Shown here one piece after another: positions 12,030 through 25,457 of a stretch of 64,000 nucleotides of DNA. Source of the stretch: Octopus sinensis (taxonomy: Eukaryota). The stretch's first letter is position 1, and every line of letters begins with the position of its first letter. Under the pieces are notes generated by a model that had not been told where the DNA came from, did not search any database, and saw only the letters and a program-made list of their open reading frames with translations. The DNA is taken from positions 35,836,001 through 35,900,000 of the forward strand of contig NC_043003.1 of assembly GCF_006345805.1 (NCBI RefSeq). Reading direction: 5' to 3'. Position numbers and translations under genes: made by a program.

Positions 12030-12330
12030 ACACTGTTTGTGACATCTTGGGCAAGTGTCTTCAAGTTTCTTTGGTTGTCCCCAGGCAATGCCTGGGGACG
12101 ACTAAAATCTTGTTCCTGTATTTGGTAGTCGAAAACTAAAACAAACCTGTCGTGTAGATATATGTGTGTGAGTGTGTGCGAACACATGTGTGAATCTTTG
12201 TGTCTGTATTTGTCACCCACCACCGCTTGACAACTGATGTTGGTTTGTTTACGTCTCAGTAACTTTTAAAGAACCAGTCGATTCATTCGACTAAAAGTTC
12301 TTCAAGGCAGTGCCCCAGCATGGCCACGGT
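12030..12330 (+). mobile_element. 5'-truncated type A SINE
   Basis: CTTGGGCAAGTGTCTT...CGCTTGACAACTGATG...CCCCAGCATGGCC; contains a small perfect inverted duplication GTCCCCAGGCA-A-TGCCTGGGGAC. Confidence 0.7.
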
Positions 12331-12529
12331 ATATGAATGAAGCAGGTAAAAGACAGAATATATAAGATAAAATTAGCTCCGGTTTCCTTTGCTCTCAGGA
12401 AAATAGGAAATAATTTTCTTACGCTTAATTGTACATGAAGAACAAATGGAAAAAAATATTTGAAATAAACTTTTCCTTCCACAAACAAGTGTAACGTTAC
12501 GTAATTGTTAAGATGAAATATATGATTAT

Positions 12530-13180
12530 GATGCAACTCCATGAAATTTCATGAAACAAGTTTTATCAACTTTCGCAATACACACATACACCTGAAATTT
12601 AAAACTGAAAAATTATGTCCGACATTAACAACTGTCTATCTTGTACCGGTTATTGGTAGACTTTACAGACCAGTGACCAATATTGTTGAAACGAACTGTT
12701 TATGGAACTGTTGATGCTTTCAGTGATCGTACATTCCTGGCAGGAACGTCAAATTTATCTTCACTGCCAGTATTGTTTTCTCCTTGTATCAGGCTTCTGC
12801 AAATATCAGTGTGGAAATAAACCAAAGAACTTATAACCTCCGAATTGGTGGTAGATGACAAATACACTGACAACAACTAAGGAGATAGTACTAAAAGCAA
12901 TTCTGTGATATTTCTTGGTGCGTTTCTTGGTTCGATAAAATGCTTGGAGCATATCAGCTTTATCAACCCAACTCATGTAGCGGTTGTAAATGTCAACACT
13001 TACAGGATGGGTTACTTTCAGCTCCTTGCAATTCTTGCCTCGCAGCACTTGAACAATGATGCAGGATCCTTACCAACAAATTTGGACATTTTCAGGACCC
13101 GGCGATTATCATGCTATCCACAAATCACAAGATTATGATTTTTCTTGACAAACACGCATATGGATCCACGTCCCTCCTTT
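12530..13180 (-). mobile_element. piggyBac transposase remnant
   Basis: HDNRRVLKMSKFVGKDP, PVSVDIYNRYMSWVDKADMLQAFY (decayed YN..MGGVD..D), RTKKYHRIAF, and a C-terminal ...KTCFMKFH Cys-rich tail. Confidence 0.8.
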
Positions 13181-13244
13181 CTCATTACTGACTAGGTAAG
13201 TATAGGGAACATTTTGACTCTTTAGTTCTTAGTGTGCCAACACA

Positions 13245-13298
<54 letters not shown>

Positions 13299-13313
13299 TA
13301 TATATCTATCTAT

Positions 13314-13361
<48 letters not shown>

Positions 13362-13368
13362 TATATAT

Positions 13369-13401
<33 letters not shown>

Positions 13402-13516
13402 GTACATATCTATCTATATCTATCTATCTATATATATATATATATGTAGGTCCCGGGTTGATTCGGGGTTAACCACAGTAAATAAGGTACTCAATACATA
13501 GCAGAGTAAAATTAAT

Positions 13517-13639
13517 TTATTATATAGAAAGAGCTTCTACAGGACTAGAACTGTTTCATTCAAGAGAAATCTTCAGGAAGCATCCTGAAGATTTCTCTTG
13601 AATGAAACAGTTCTAGTCCTGTAGAAGCTCCTTCTATAT

Positions 13640-13644
<5 letters not shown>
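13517..13644. repeat. 62-bp-arm inverted repeat flanked by (TA)n
   Basis: Arms at 13517-13578 and 13583-13644 with one mismatch; 4-nt loop AGCA. Confidence 0.95.
13533..13581 (-). ncRNA. Type I hammerhead ribozyme motif
   Basis: Minus strand GCTTC-CTGAAGA-TTTCTCTTGAAT-GAAA-CAG-TTCTAGTC-CTGT-A-GAAGC: 5-bp stem I, 4-bp stem III, GUA site; the first pair of stem II is U-U. Confidence 0.65.
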
Positions 13645-13684
<40 letters not shown>

Positions 13685-13830
13685 TAAATATCTATATATA
13701 TATATACATATATATACATATGTTCACATACACACACATACATATGATAGATAGATACAAAGATAGAGAACAAGGAAGTTATCAGTGGGAATCTTTGGGC
13801 AATGCAGTAGTAGTAGTAGTAGTAGTAGTA

Positions 13831-13866
<36 letters not shown>

Positions 13867-13902
13867 CAGTAGTAGTAAGTGAGGGAATATACTATATATA
13901 TT

Positions 13903-13960
<58 letters not shown>

Positions 13961-14289
13961 CATACATGCACACACACATGCATATATTCACGAATATATA
14001 CATGTATGTATGTGTCTATGTATGTCTATAAAGAGTCAGACAGACATGCAGACAGTGAATAAGAAAGCAAGAGAATGTGAGAAATAAAGAAAGCCGAGCA
14101 GGAATTGCATTGAGAATGAGGTGGGGGAATAGATGAGAAAGGGAGAGGGCGGTATAAACCCGACGAAGTGAAGTTTAAATAGGAATAGGAATGGCAAGGA
14201 AAGGAAGGAGGGAGGAAGACATATATGGAAGGAATGTGAGAGAGAAGAAAATGAGACTTGAAACCTGTCATGGTAGACAACGACCTCTG

Positions 14290-14480
14290 TGTTCTACGCA
14301 ACTTGCGATATCTGCCATTACCAAGGAATGAGCTTCTGACGTCAGCGGTTGCAGGTGCTTCTACGTCTTAGCAAGGAGAGTAATTACAATTGGGCGTCAA
14401 TTTGCTGCGTAGACGAGGCGCTTGTGTGGCGTGGGGATTGTTCCGGGACGCGCACTGAGCGGCCCTTCTCTAATTAGTGT
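14290..14480. promoter_or_regulatory. CpG-rich island, candidate cis-regulatory element
   Basis: GC/CpG-rich against an AT-rich background; TGACGTCA 14337-14344, CAGGTG 14352-14357, TAATTA 14381-14386, ATTGG 14389-14393. Motif presence alone is weak evidence. Confidence 0.25.
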
Positions 14481-14554
14481 TCCCCGATAAGAAGAGACAA
14501 AGGGGGTAAAGGAAGTTGTAAACCGAAGAGAAGTGAATTAGCTTGGTAGACAGA

Positions 14555-15200
<646 letters not shown>

Positions 15201-16799
15201 GTAGCGTTGATATAAAAAGAGACAGCTGGATATTTGGGACAGTGAGAGTAAAAGAAACAATGTAGTTTATAGATAGTCATAAAGTAGAGAATGTAAATAT
15301 ACATACATATATATATGTTTGTGGGAGGTGTGAGACAGAGAGATATGATATATAGAGAGCGTGAATATTGAAAAGGTGACTTTACAATACTGAAGATAGA
15401 AAGAGAGATAATGAAAAATATGGTAGTTTAGCGTGGTAGTTTAGACGATAATACTGAAAAGCTAGTAAGAACGATACAAAGTGTTGGACAGAGGAAAGCT
15501 GTCAACGAAGTGCGAGAGACAGATAAGTAGATGGATATGTTGAAAGAGAGAGAAAGAAAGAGATAGAATGAAAATAACTGAAAGAAAAAGAAACAGACAT
15601 ACGGGCTCAGAGAAACAATAATATAAAAAAGAATTGAAAAGTTTAGTCGGGGGAGAAGAAGAGGGAGAGAGATAGATGGCAGAGCGAATAACTGAAATAA
15701 AAGCGAATGGGTTTGAGCGAATGGGAAGAGAGCGAACGTCAGAAAGAAAGGAAAGTAAATTGCGGGAAATAGTGAAATAGCAATGGAGGTAGTGAGAGGT
15801 AGGAAAAGAGAAAGAGAGGTGGAATGAGGAGGGAGAGTAAAAGGAGTAAATAGGTGTGAATGTAAGGGAAAGAAAAGTATGTTGATAGAATCGGCTCTAA
15901 TGAATGTAGTATTTCATTCATAAGAACCCGAGACATTTGTCAGATTCTTGAAGAGAAGAGGTGAGACATGGAGATAAAGAAAGGCAAGGAGAGAGGGGAA
16001 GAGACAGAGAGTGTAAAAGAGTGTCAGTAGAAAAAGGAAAGCGGTGGGAAACAGAAACTAATGCCTGTAGAATATCGAAGAAATATTGTGTAGACAGTTT
16101 TGTGTGTGTGTGTGTGTGTGTATGTGTGAATGGAAGGTGACTGTGGAAGCGGTGTTACTTGGAATTTAAGCAAAGTGCGAAATTCTCTGCTCAGTGTATG
16201 TGTGTGTGCTGGAGTGTGTGTGTGGTGGTGGGGAGAGGTGTATGTATGTGCAAGTGTTTATGTGTGTAAATATGTTTACGTGTGTGTGTGTTTGCGTTTG
16301 CATCAGTATATTGATGTGTTTTTTGCGTTTGCTTGTATGCCTCTGTGTGTGTGTGTGTGTGTGTGAGTGCTAGAGTCCAAATAGAAAATGAAACTAAGAG
16401 AAGAGTGTAGGAGAGAAAAGTGTAAAATGTACCATTTGCTTTAATTAACTGTTGTAATATTTGCTGTTGTTTGTGGATGTTAGCTCTTACTGCAGTGTAG
16501 CTCCAATTCCGTTCTAATAGCAAAAAACCCTACGATAATATGCGCTCCCACCGTGACCATGCAGTCATTTGATGTTGTTAAATACCATATTGTATGATGT
16601 GTGTAATATTTTAAGCTGATAGAATGTTTGATGAAAGATATTTTGGCTGGTATTTCTCTAGTTTTCTCAGCCTCATAACATTGTCGTATTGATGGCTGCT
16701 AATTTGTATCGTTACAAGGGAAACGTTGTATAATTATTCTTTTCTGTTGATTGTGTTGTAACTGTTATTTTCTCTCCCCAGATCATTTCCGACTGAACG

Positions 16800-17390
16800 T
16801 AGATATGATGAAAGACATCTTAATCATGACTTATGATGACAGGCATTTCACTTATGATTTATAAGTGACTATGCTTTATGATAACTGACAGACGTTCTGT
16901 AATGATTTCTGATACATGACTATAACGTATGATAAATGACTGACGTTCCAGCCGTGTTAAGTAATAAATTACTATAATTTCTGATAAATGAATGACGTTT
17001 CAGCTATGTTAAATAATAAATTACTATAAGTTATGATAAATGACAGCCGTTCCCGTTATGATTTTATGATAAATGTCTATCATTTATGATAAATGCCTAC
17101 CGTTTATGATAAATGACAGACGTTCCAGATATGATTTAGGATACATGACTATCATTTCTGACAAATGCCTACGATTTATGATAAATCGCAAATGTTCCAG
17201 CTTTGACTTATGATGTTCTATTTATAAATTATGATATCAGAAGTTCCAGGCATAGGTCTAGCACTTCTGATAACAGTCGTTGCTTTTATGACTTATGATG
17301 AAAGACGTTCCAAGTACGACTTATGATTACAGACACTCCATCAATGATTTATGATAACAAATATTCCAGACATGATTTATATGTAACTTT
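16800..17390. repeat. Degenerate minisatellite with core TATGATAAATGAC(A/T)GACGTTCCAG
   Basis: Many imperfect copies of ATGATAAATG and GACGTTCCAG at irregular spacing. Confidence 0.75.
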
Positions 17391-18736
17391 CTCCAAATTT
17401 AATCCAAGAACAATGTTGATTAAATTACAGTCCCCAATCTGCTATTTTCTATTTGAAGACAATATAATTATGATGTCATATATATTTGGCTCCTATTTTT
17501 AAACTCTCATGTGACCATTCTGGTTGTTGTTTTATACCATGTTGTTATCAAAGTTCCTGGTGGTGATTTTAGTGTTAGTGCTTTTCTTCCGTGTTTTCTT
17601 GGTTTCCGTACGTCGGTTAGAAAAATGTTATGCTTACTGCTTTGTTGTAGTTGTAATAGAGAGGCTTGTAGCAGAATTAGTAATCACAGTCGTAGTAGTT
17701 ATTGTTTAATACAAGTTAAAACGATTTCAACAGATATTTTAACAAATGCTTCCCAGTGGTGATAAAACACAAATATTTTATATGGTTTTAACAACGAATC
17801 CAATGCTTTAAAAAAAAAACTGTAGGGAGTGCTTGAAGTTTTAAATACATAAGGCTTTAGGAGAGCCATCGAGTAGAGTTTAATATTAGTACTTTATCCG
17901 TCCAAACAATGGTTTAATGACAGACAAAGCTGGCCTCGTCGAGTTATAACTCATAATATCCAGGAGTACTGCAGGTTAGGTTGTTCGTGATCTGATAATT
18001 TGCACAATTTACAAATTAGCAAATAATTGTGTTGAATTTTGTCTCAGGATCAGCAATTTTAAGGTAAGTAGCTAAACGATTACATCAGCTTAATTTAATC
18101 GACCACGAAAGGATAGATGGAGAAGGTGATATTGGCGAGATTTGAACGCAGGACGTAGAACTAGACCAGGTATTATCAGACATATTATCCTACTCTCTAA
18201 TGTCTGGATCACTCCACCGATTTCATAACAAAACTATCAACTTGATACTTGATACACCAGATCTATCTCACAACTAGGGCATGTGATTGACTTTTTACCA
18301 ATTTCACTTTCCACCTCCTGATTTGGATCTTTAAACGTACATCTTTTACCTACTTCTAAATTATTTTTTGGTTTGTTTTGTCTAATTCCATACTGCAAAT
18401 AATTTCCAACAAAATGGCCGAATGCACACGACGAGAAAGGAAATGGCATAGCCATGTAATATTTGTAATGTTACACAGTATGCAGCCGGTTTACAATTTG
18501 AAACAGCTGTAGGTCTTGACTACTTGAATTTCTTTCATTTACACACTTGATTGTAATAGTAGAAGCAACATTTTATTTTCTTTTAACTGGAGTTTTATAG
18601 CATCTGTCATTTTATCTAATCTCAATATAGGACAAAATGTATTTGATGAATCGATCAATACACTCTTATGATTGATGCTTTTATATTTCCTATACAAGCC
18701 TTGTATATACCAGAATTAACCAATTATCTATACTAC

Positions 18737-18774
<38 letters not shown>

Positions 18775-18820
18775 CAACCACTCACTCACCTACACACGCA
18801 CACACATGTATATATGTATA

Positions 18821-18977
18821 GGCGCAGGCGTAACGGTGTGGTAAGAAACTTGGTCCAATCCACATAGTTCCGCGTTCAGTCCCACTGTGTGGCACCTTGG
18901 GTAAGCGTCTTCTACATTAGCGTCGGGCCGCCCAAAGCCTTGTGAGCAGATTTGTAGAAGGAAAGAAGCCCGTCATG

Positions 18978-19034
<57 letters not shown>

Positions 19035-19113
19035 CACGACGGGCTTCTTTCCTTCTACCAAATCTACTCTCACATATGTGTGTGTGTGTATGTGTGTATG
19101 TATGTATTTATAT

Positions 19114-19180
<67 letters not shown>

Positions 19181-19400
19181 CTATGTGTGTGTTACCTTGT
19201 GTCAGTGTTTTTACCCCAACATCGCTTGGCAACCGATGTCGGTGTGCTTGTGTGACTGAAACTTAGCGGTTCAGCAAAAATGACCGATAGAATAATTACT
19301 AGGCTTACAAAGAATAAGTCCGTGTGTCGATTTCTTCGACTAAAGGCGATGCTCTAGCATGACCGCTGTCAAATTACTGAAACGTATAAAAGAATAAAAA
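18821..19400 (+). mobile_element. Type A SINE with internal foldback duplication
   Basis: Head GGCGCAGG...GTGTGGTAAG, B-box-like GTTCAGTCCC, tail ...CTGAAAC...AAAAGAATAAAAAG. Confidence 0.85.
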
Positions 19401-19539
19401 GTAATATATTCCTGCCCTGCTGGCATTTTAATGTCCGGAGGACAGCGTTCCTTTCCTGCATTTGCATTATTCTTCAAGCTGTACTCGAAAAGTTGAAAAG
19501 AAATTTTGCTGGAAAAAAAATGCCCTGCATACATTTCAC

Positions 19540-20700
19540 TTGGTCACCTTTACAATACTATCGATTTCTCTATAGCCTATGGATACAGCAAAACTGCTCG
19601 CACATGCTTTTCAAAAGTAGAAGGCGATATTTACAATGAATTCCATCAAAAATCTGATTCATGTTACATGCAGTACAATCTTTCCCGTATAATTATACAA
19701 CTTAAAATGACTGTGAAATTGTAAGTGTAAAAGGAATACACTCCTTTTGCTCTACACATATATGGGAAAATCTCATTGTGGTGTTGCCAAGACTATTTTT
19801 TTTAGCTTGAATTGTAGCACACAACTTGTTAGGGCTGGAATTGAGACGTTTTGACGTTGTCCATAATTGCAGAGATGTGAGTTATCTATAAGACACTGTT
19901 GAACTGATCGTCGATACGCAGTCATTGCCGACTTTGGTCATCAAATGGGACTCTTTAGTATCGCATCGAATAACCTGCAAATACCTTTCTATACATTCCA
20001 TCGGTATATCTGGCCAGTTCGTAGAGAGTTTTTACGCCTGTGAAATTGTGTTCTACCGGTATCCAGACATCACATATGATTATGCCTCTCTCAAAATGCT
20101 ATGGCATGCATAGTAAACCAAAACTGCACTAGTTCCCAGTCCGGAATTATTATCTTGTTTTCGCAGCCTAGGTGTATGACTGCCAGTCATTATTTACAGC
20201 ATTCCGATATCTTCTTGCAGAGGATGCAGGGCGAAGATTATCTTCAGCTCAATGGGACCTTTCCCACCTACAGTAATGGAAATAATCTTATTTGAACAGA
20301 CCCTGACAACTTTTGTCATAGTTGTTGTTATCTGCCGTTCACAAAACTATCTCTTTCTTGGTAATAATCAAAGAACAGATCTCCATTTCTAACCATCTGC
20401 TTCGCACAGTTGAGTACAGTTTCGCTAAAAAATGTAGCTGGCAGTGGATTCCACCTACCTATTACTGTCCTTTATAAACCGTATTAAGAATTTCTTTTCA
20501 GAATTCGTCTGCGCAATCATTAAAAGGATTTCTTTCTGTTTTTTAACAGCATGCGTATAGCTTTTTGCTTTGTGTAGTGGAAATATAAGAAATACTCTGT
20601 CTGCAACGCCTTTAATTTGGCACCCACGTTTTAGCTCACACTGCAAGATACTTTTCTCTGACATAAGTTCCTTAGTTAGTAGACGAAGCCGGTTCTACTT
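19540..20700 (-). mobile_element. Highly decayed DNA transposase, possibly Sola-like
   Basis: Across frameshifts: LFFDYYQ, VGGKGPIE (cf. G.KG.NE), SYT*AA-NK (cf. SDNCAAQNK) and F.ERG...CD...VE (cf. F.E.GH...CD...IE), in the expected order. Confidence 0.35.
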
Positions 20701-22867
20701 TTCTTTCAAAGGTACACCACCATTTATTTATACCTGTTCTCCGTGACTGAAGTTCTTAGCTACAACACAAGATCACAAATTTTGTAGGGAGGTAACATTC
20801 TATTTTCTAATCTCCAGAATTTGATTCGTTCCTATTTACAGATAGCAAATACACGAACGTCAAAGATGAACTGTGCAAAAATGATAATCAGTTTGTAAAA
20901 CAGTGTAACTCTGTTATAGAATTTACAAAGTTTTAGGAGCAGAAAGAGGGGGATGACGAGGACGAGGAGGATGAGAATGGGTGGGTTAATATATAAGAAA
21001 TCAAAACGAAATATAAATATATAAGAATTCCAGATCTATGTTGAGATATTTATATATTTATAGCACCATCTATGAGTAGATATTGTACTTGTTGACGCAT
21101 TTACAACGGATATTCTATGGATAAAGAAAAGAGATTAAAAGTCTCCAAAATTTTAACTTCATATTTTCTCTCCGTAACTTAAGTTCTTGCTGTTGCAAGT
21201 GCATGTAACGTAGTTGGATTCAAATTTCTTTTATTTTGTCTTCAGTAGAAGAAATTTATTTGTGTACTTCGTCGATATTCAGTTTCCAGAAATACATGTA
21301 TGTCCCAATATATATTCACTTCAATATCTTCAACCAGAGTTGTACTTTTTAAATTCGATTTCAGTACATAATATCCTAAAATACATCACTTTAAACTACT
21401 CTTCACTGTGGAATAGTCAGGTAGATTTTAGTTAGAAATATATGTTACTAGTGTGGTTAAGCGAGCCTATTCAAAATTATTTGGCTTCGATTTCAACCTT
21501 ATTAAGTGTGCTTTGAGCAAGGTTTATATGCGCCTCGAGTCCACCAATTACGTTTCAGTGACTGTGGTAAATGGGATTTGACCTGAAGGTTATGGTTTTG
21601 TATTCATCAGATGGTTATTTCAGCTATATGATTTACAACTGGTGTAGCATTTGATTCCTGCAGATGATGTAATACTTTCCATTTGTTCTTTATCAAATAT
21701 ATACAGAAATATGTAGCTATGGATATTCGTGTGTGCGTGTGTGCATGTGTGTGTATGCAATCGTACATATATGCGTATATATATATATATGCATATATAT
21801 TTATAAACATTATATATGTGTGTGCGTGTGTGTGTGCATATGTGTGTGTGTGTGTACATACAAACATATATGTACATACATATATATGGATACATATTTA
21901 TAAACATTCATATGTGTGTGTTTATATATATATATATATGTGTGTGTGTGCGTGTGTGTGTTTATGTATATATATGTGTGCTTGTGTGTGTGTGTGCATG
22001 TGTGTGTGTGTGTGTGCATCATTTACTGTACACAGTTAAAGATACATTATACTAACAGTTTCTTTAGAGACATGATCTAGAGAGGTTTTTATGACATGCG
22101 CTGCGTCTCCAAGCAATTTCGATCTCCGAGTACATGGTCTATTCTATCTGCAAATCAAGACGCTGGTACAAGACAAATCACGAGAAGAAAATAGTAGGTA
22201 GATGCAAAATAAGGAAAGGTGAATAACAACAAAAAAAAAAGGAAATTAGTAATATATCTCCTTTCGTCGTAAAGCTATAATGAAGCAAATTGTAGATGCA
22301 TAGTTTCACAGAAAAGAGGTGCAAAGTTTGCGAGACAACTGTTCAATCCGGAGATAGGGGTATCTTCCAATTTATTGAAAGAAAATGGTCCATATGATCG
22401 CATTTGCTGCAAATTTCGGGTTTGAAATTCAGTAGTGCGTCGGAATTCTTAGATTTAAAAAGAGTGTGTAACCATTCAGCTACGTATGAATTATATATTT
22501 TAGATGCATGTGGCATACGATTCTGCACTTGATTGTATGTGGTGTACAGTTGGTCTTCAAACCTTTCACATGGTTGGCAAACTTTGTGTTCTAATTTCTG
22601 TCGATGTGCCGCAAAAAAATAAGGAGTTAGTAGCTCGTATTCTTATACAGAGTACATAAAAATATATTTATCTCTCAATATTTTATTCTTGATCTTACAT
22701 TAACGGAACAATAAACTATGTATGCATGTATGTGTATATTTATGTGTATGTGCGTGTCTATTTTGCTCTTTATTTGAACACCAGCTGACAAATGACATAG
22801 GTTTACTAATGTGCGTATAACTTAGCTTTCCGACAAAAAAGAAACCGACGGTAGAACAAGACATGCT

Positions 22868-22904
22868 GGCGCAGGAGTGGTTGTGTGGTAAGTAGCATGA
22901 TTAC
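22868..22904 (+). mobile_element. Type A SINE head, split by insertion (remainder at 25458-25860)
   Basis: GGCGCAGGAGTGGTTGTGTGGTAAGTAGCATGATTAC, continuing after the insert as ...TAC-GAACCACATG... Confidence 0.85.
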
Positions 22905-25457
22905 CTCACTGACAGAAGACTTCGCATTTTTCATGCAGCTTAAAAGTCACGTCTTGCAACGTTAAAATTGAACATTTTGGAAGCACGACTACAGGTAGGC
23001 GTTTGTTGTATTTTTTGAGGGCTTAGTGGAGTTTGTTGCTCTGTATTTAATATTTCTTGGTGAGTAATAGACTCCACTCTGCTCCAGACATTTTCCTGTC
23101 TGTGGTCGAGCGTAAAGACTCTCTTTGCAGTGAGAACTGTGTTTTTGAGGAGGCGTAGTCCCTCCGCAAAAATTTATTTGTTTGCTTCTGAAATTGTCTT
23201 TGTGTTTTCCACTGGATTTACCACGGAGTACCAAGGTAGAAAGGACTAATTGTGCTGTGGTTGGATTTATTTTACCATCGTGAGAATTTGGGGGGGGCGT
23301 ATTCGTCTTCGATAAATTGAGTGAATATTTTTCTCACCTAATTATGAGAACTGTATTGTGCCTTGAAGAACTTTAAGAATTGTGAGAACTGCTGTATAGG
23401 GGAGTGTTTTGCCTCCGAAGTTTCAACAATTTTTACCAATTTTATACCAATTTTTGTGGAAGTTGTGTTCCAGTTGCGGCGTTCCGGGTTCAATTTAGGC
23501 CGGGAGTACCGAATGGCCAGAAGATTTTTTGCCGTGTTATTGACTTTCTTTTCAACTTTATTTGATTTTCTCCTTTTTGTTTATTGTGACTTTCTTTTGA
23601 TTTCTTTTTCTTCTCGCTTTTTAAGTTTTATTTTGAATATATTTTTTAAAAAAAACATGGCAATGAAAGATGACAAAATTTTGGAATGGGAGATTATACC
23701 GCCTAAAAAGTGGTTAAAAGACCGTGAAGATAGGACGGTGGTGTTGAGGACCTACTCCAAGGCACTCGACACCATCGCCCTGTTCGAAAAGACGGCAATT
23801 GAAAAGGAGTTGGCAGAGTATTTGCCAACAATTAAATTCATTTCCAGGGGTGTCAGATATGCAACGGTGTGGTTGCTATTTGACACCCCTGAAGAGGCTT
23901 GCAAATTTGCTAGTAAACCTCTGGAGGGTAAGTAGATTTTATTCCTGCCCAAGTATCATGGAAAGAGATTGACGAAAGCTTGGATCTGCGGGCTGCCACC
24001 CGGGATAAAACCCGAGTGGATAGAGAAGACTATCCGCCGGGGTCTGCGTGACAGCGGAACTAAGCTTCTTAATGTGAAAGTTCTTCCTGCGGCTGTTTGG
24101 GTTGGGTCAAAAGCAATTTTGACCCTTTGGACCCAATCAGCCAATCTGGTTCTTCCAGATTTCTTGAAAATGGCCGGGTGCAGGTACCCGGTGATACTTG
24201 AGGGTCACCCCCTAGGTGTCATCGGTGCTTGGAGTCCGGCCATATAAAGAAAAACTGTCCCCGGGAACAAAATAAGATCCTGGAGCAGTTAAGTAAGACC
24301 CCTATAGAAGAGGGAATGAAGACAGCTGAGGAAGCGGAGGACTCCTCAAACAGAGGCCGAAAGAGGAAGAAGGTGAGCAACAATGGATGCTCACCAAAGG
24401 ATACTAGGGATGAGGAGGGAAAGGCGAATCTTCCGGCCACGGAGGAGACGCATCCTCCCTAAGTTGAAAAGAAAAAAAAGAGAAAAAGGAAGAGAAACGG
24501 GACATTACCGGCAGTCGGTGACATAGTACCGGAATGACTCGGAACTACGTCGGTTGGGGTCGTGCAACCGACAGGAGAAGAAACACCGTTGGCGGGAACT
24601 GTACCGCCACGAAAGTATTGAATATCCCGCCCCCGAAGAAAGACGATATATTGATCTTCTTCCATAGAGGCGGAGAGATTGAAAAGGTGATGGAAAAGCA
24701 CCATAAGGGAGCATCTTTAGCCTTCACACAGGACCCCGAATGGCCTCCGCAGGTAGCTGTGAAGGCCGTGGCGTTCGACGTGACGCTTGGGCTGAAGGAG
24801 CTCAATGAGCATTATAGCTTGTTTCCGGGCAACGCTAACACGGAACTCGAATTGATTCTGAGGGAGGCGTGGTGGATGGCAGAGGATGCGGGCACAAGTT
24901 ATTTTGAGGATGAGTCATAAATTGTGGCACTGTGTGACACAAACATGTGATAACAGGCAATTCGCTTTCCTTCTAAACCCCCCAGCTGTCAACGTGGTCT
25001 GCTCTGCAGACGGCAAGATATTTGACTGGAGGTCCGGAAAGAGGAGGAAGAGAAAAATGATAATGTATTTTTATGTTTGATAGGACATGTTTAGATACGA
25101 CTTGAGGGGGCCCCGACCTAGAGCTGGTGCATTCCTAAGGGAAGTGTAAGCCAGGTCTGGAAGGAGGAGCTTTGTGTATTGTATTTATATCATATGTAAT
25201 TATTGAACTGTTGTTGTTAGTAATGGACTGTTAAGTCCCAAATTTGAAAAGTTGTAAAAATTGTAAGAGGTTTAATACCTCGTTTTGTGTTTGTTTTTAA
25301 AAGAACAATGTTTTAGAGAAGCAGAAGTCAGCGGGCGCTTTTTGTCTTCTCCCATCCTTATCATATTTTCTCATTATCATTCATTTCATTAATGTCCTCG
25401 TCCAGCCGCAAAGGCACTTCACTCTATGTACTGCCTTTATGCAAATGTTATGAAATA
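22905..25457 (+). mobile_element. L1/Tx1-like non-LTR element with ORF1 but essentially no ORF2
   Basis: 15-bp TSD AAGTAGCATG(A/T)TTAC at 22890-22904 and 25458-25472; ORF1 from ATG 23657 with an RRM-like region and a CHRCLESGHIKKNC zinc knuckle (about 24215-24260), broken by stops and frameshifts; no RT motifs seen. Confidence 0.8.

Noticed and set aside
16800-17390. CRISPR-like array
   Set aside because: Repeats are degenerate and irregular with no unique spacers of constant length; the context is eukaryotic.
18237-18455. 72-aa ORF MAMPFPFSSC... as a host exon
   Set aside because: No recognisable domain, an in-frame stop just upstream and no convincing splice sites.
20700-21420. Possible second zinc-finger relic (GEK.YE- and FK.DV-like scraps on the minus strand)
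   Set aside because: Too few residues match to distinguish from chance.
22300-22720. ORF MQNRMPH... as a Tc1 or Mutator transposase fragment
   Set aside because: Only vague similarity to several families; no diagnostic motif.
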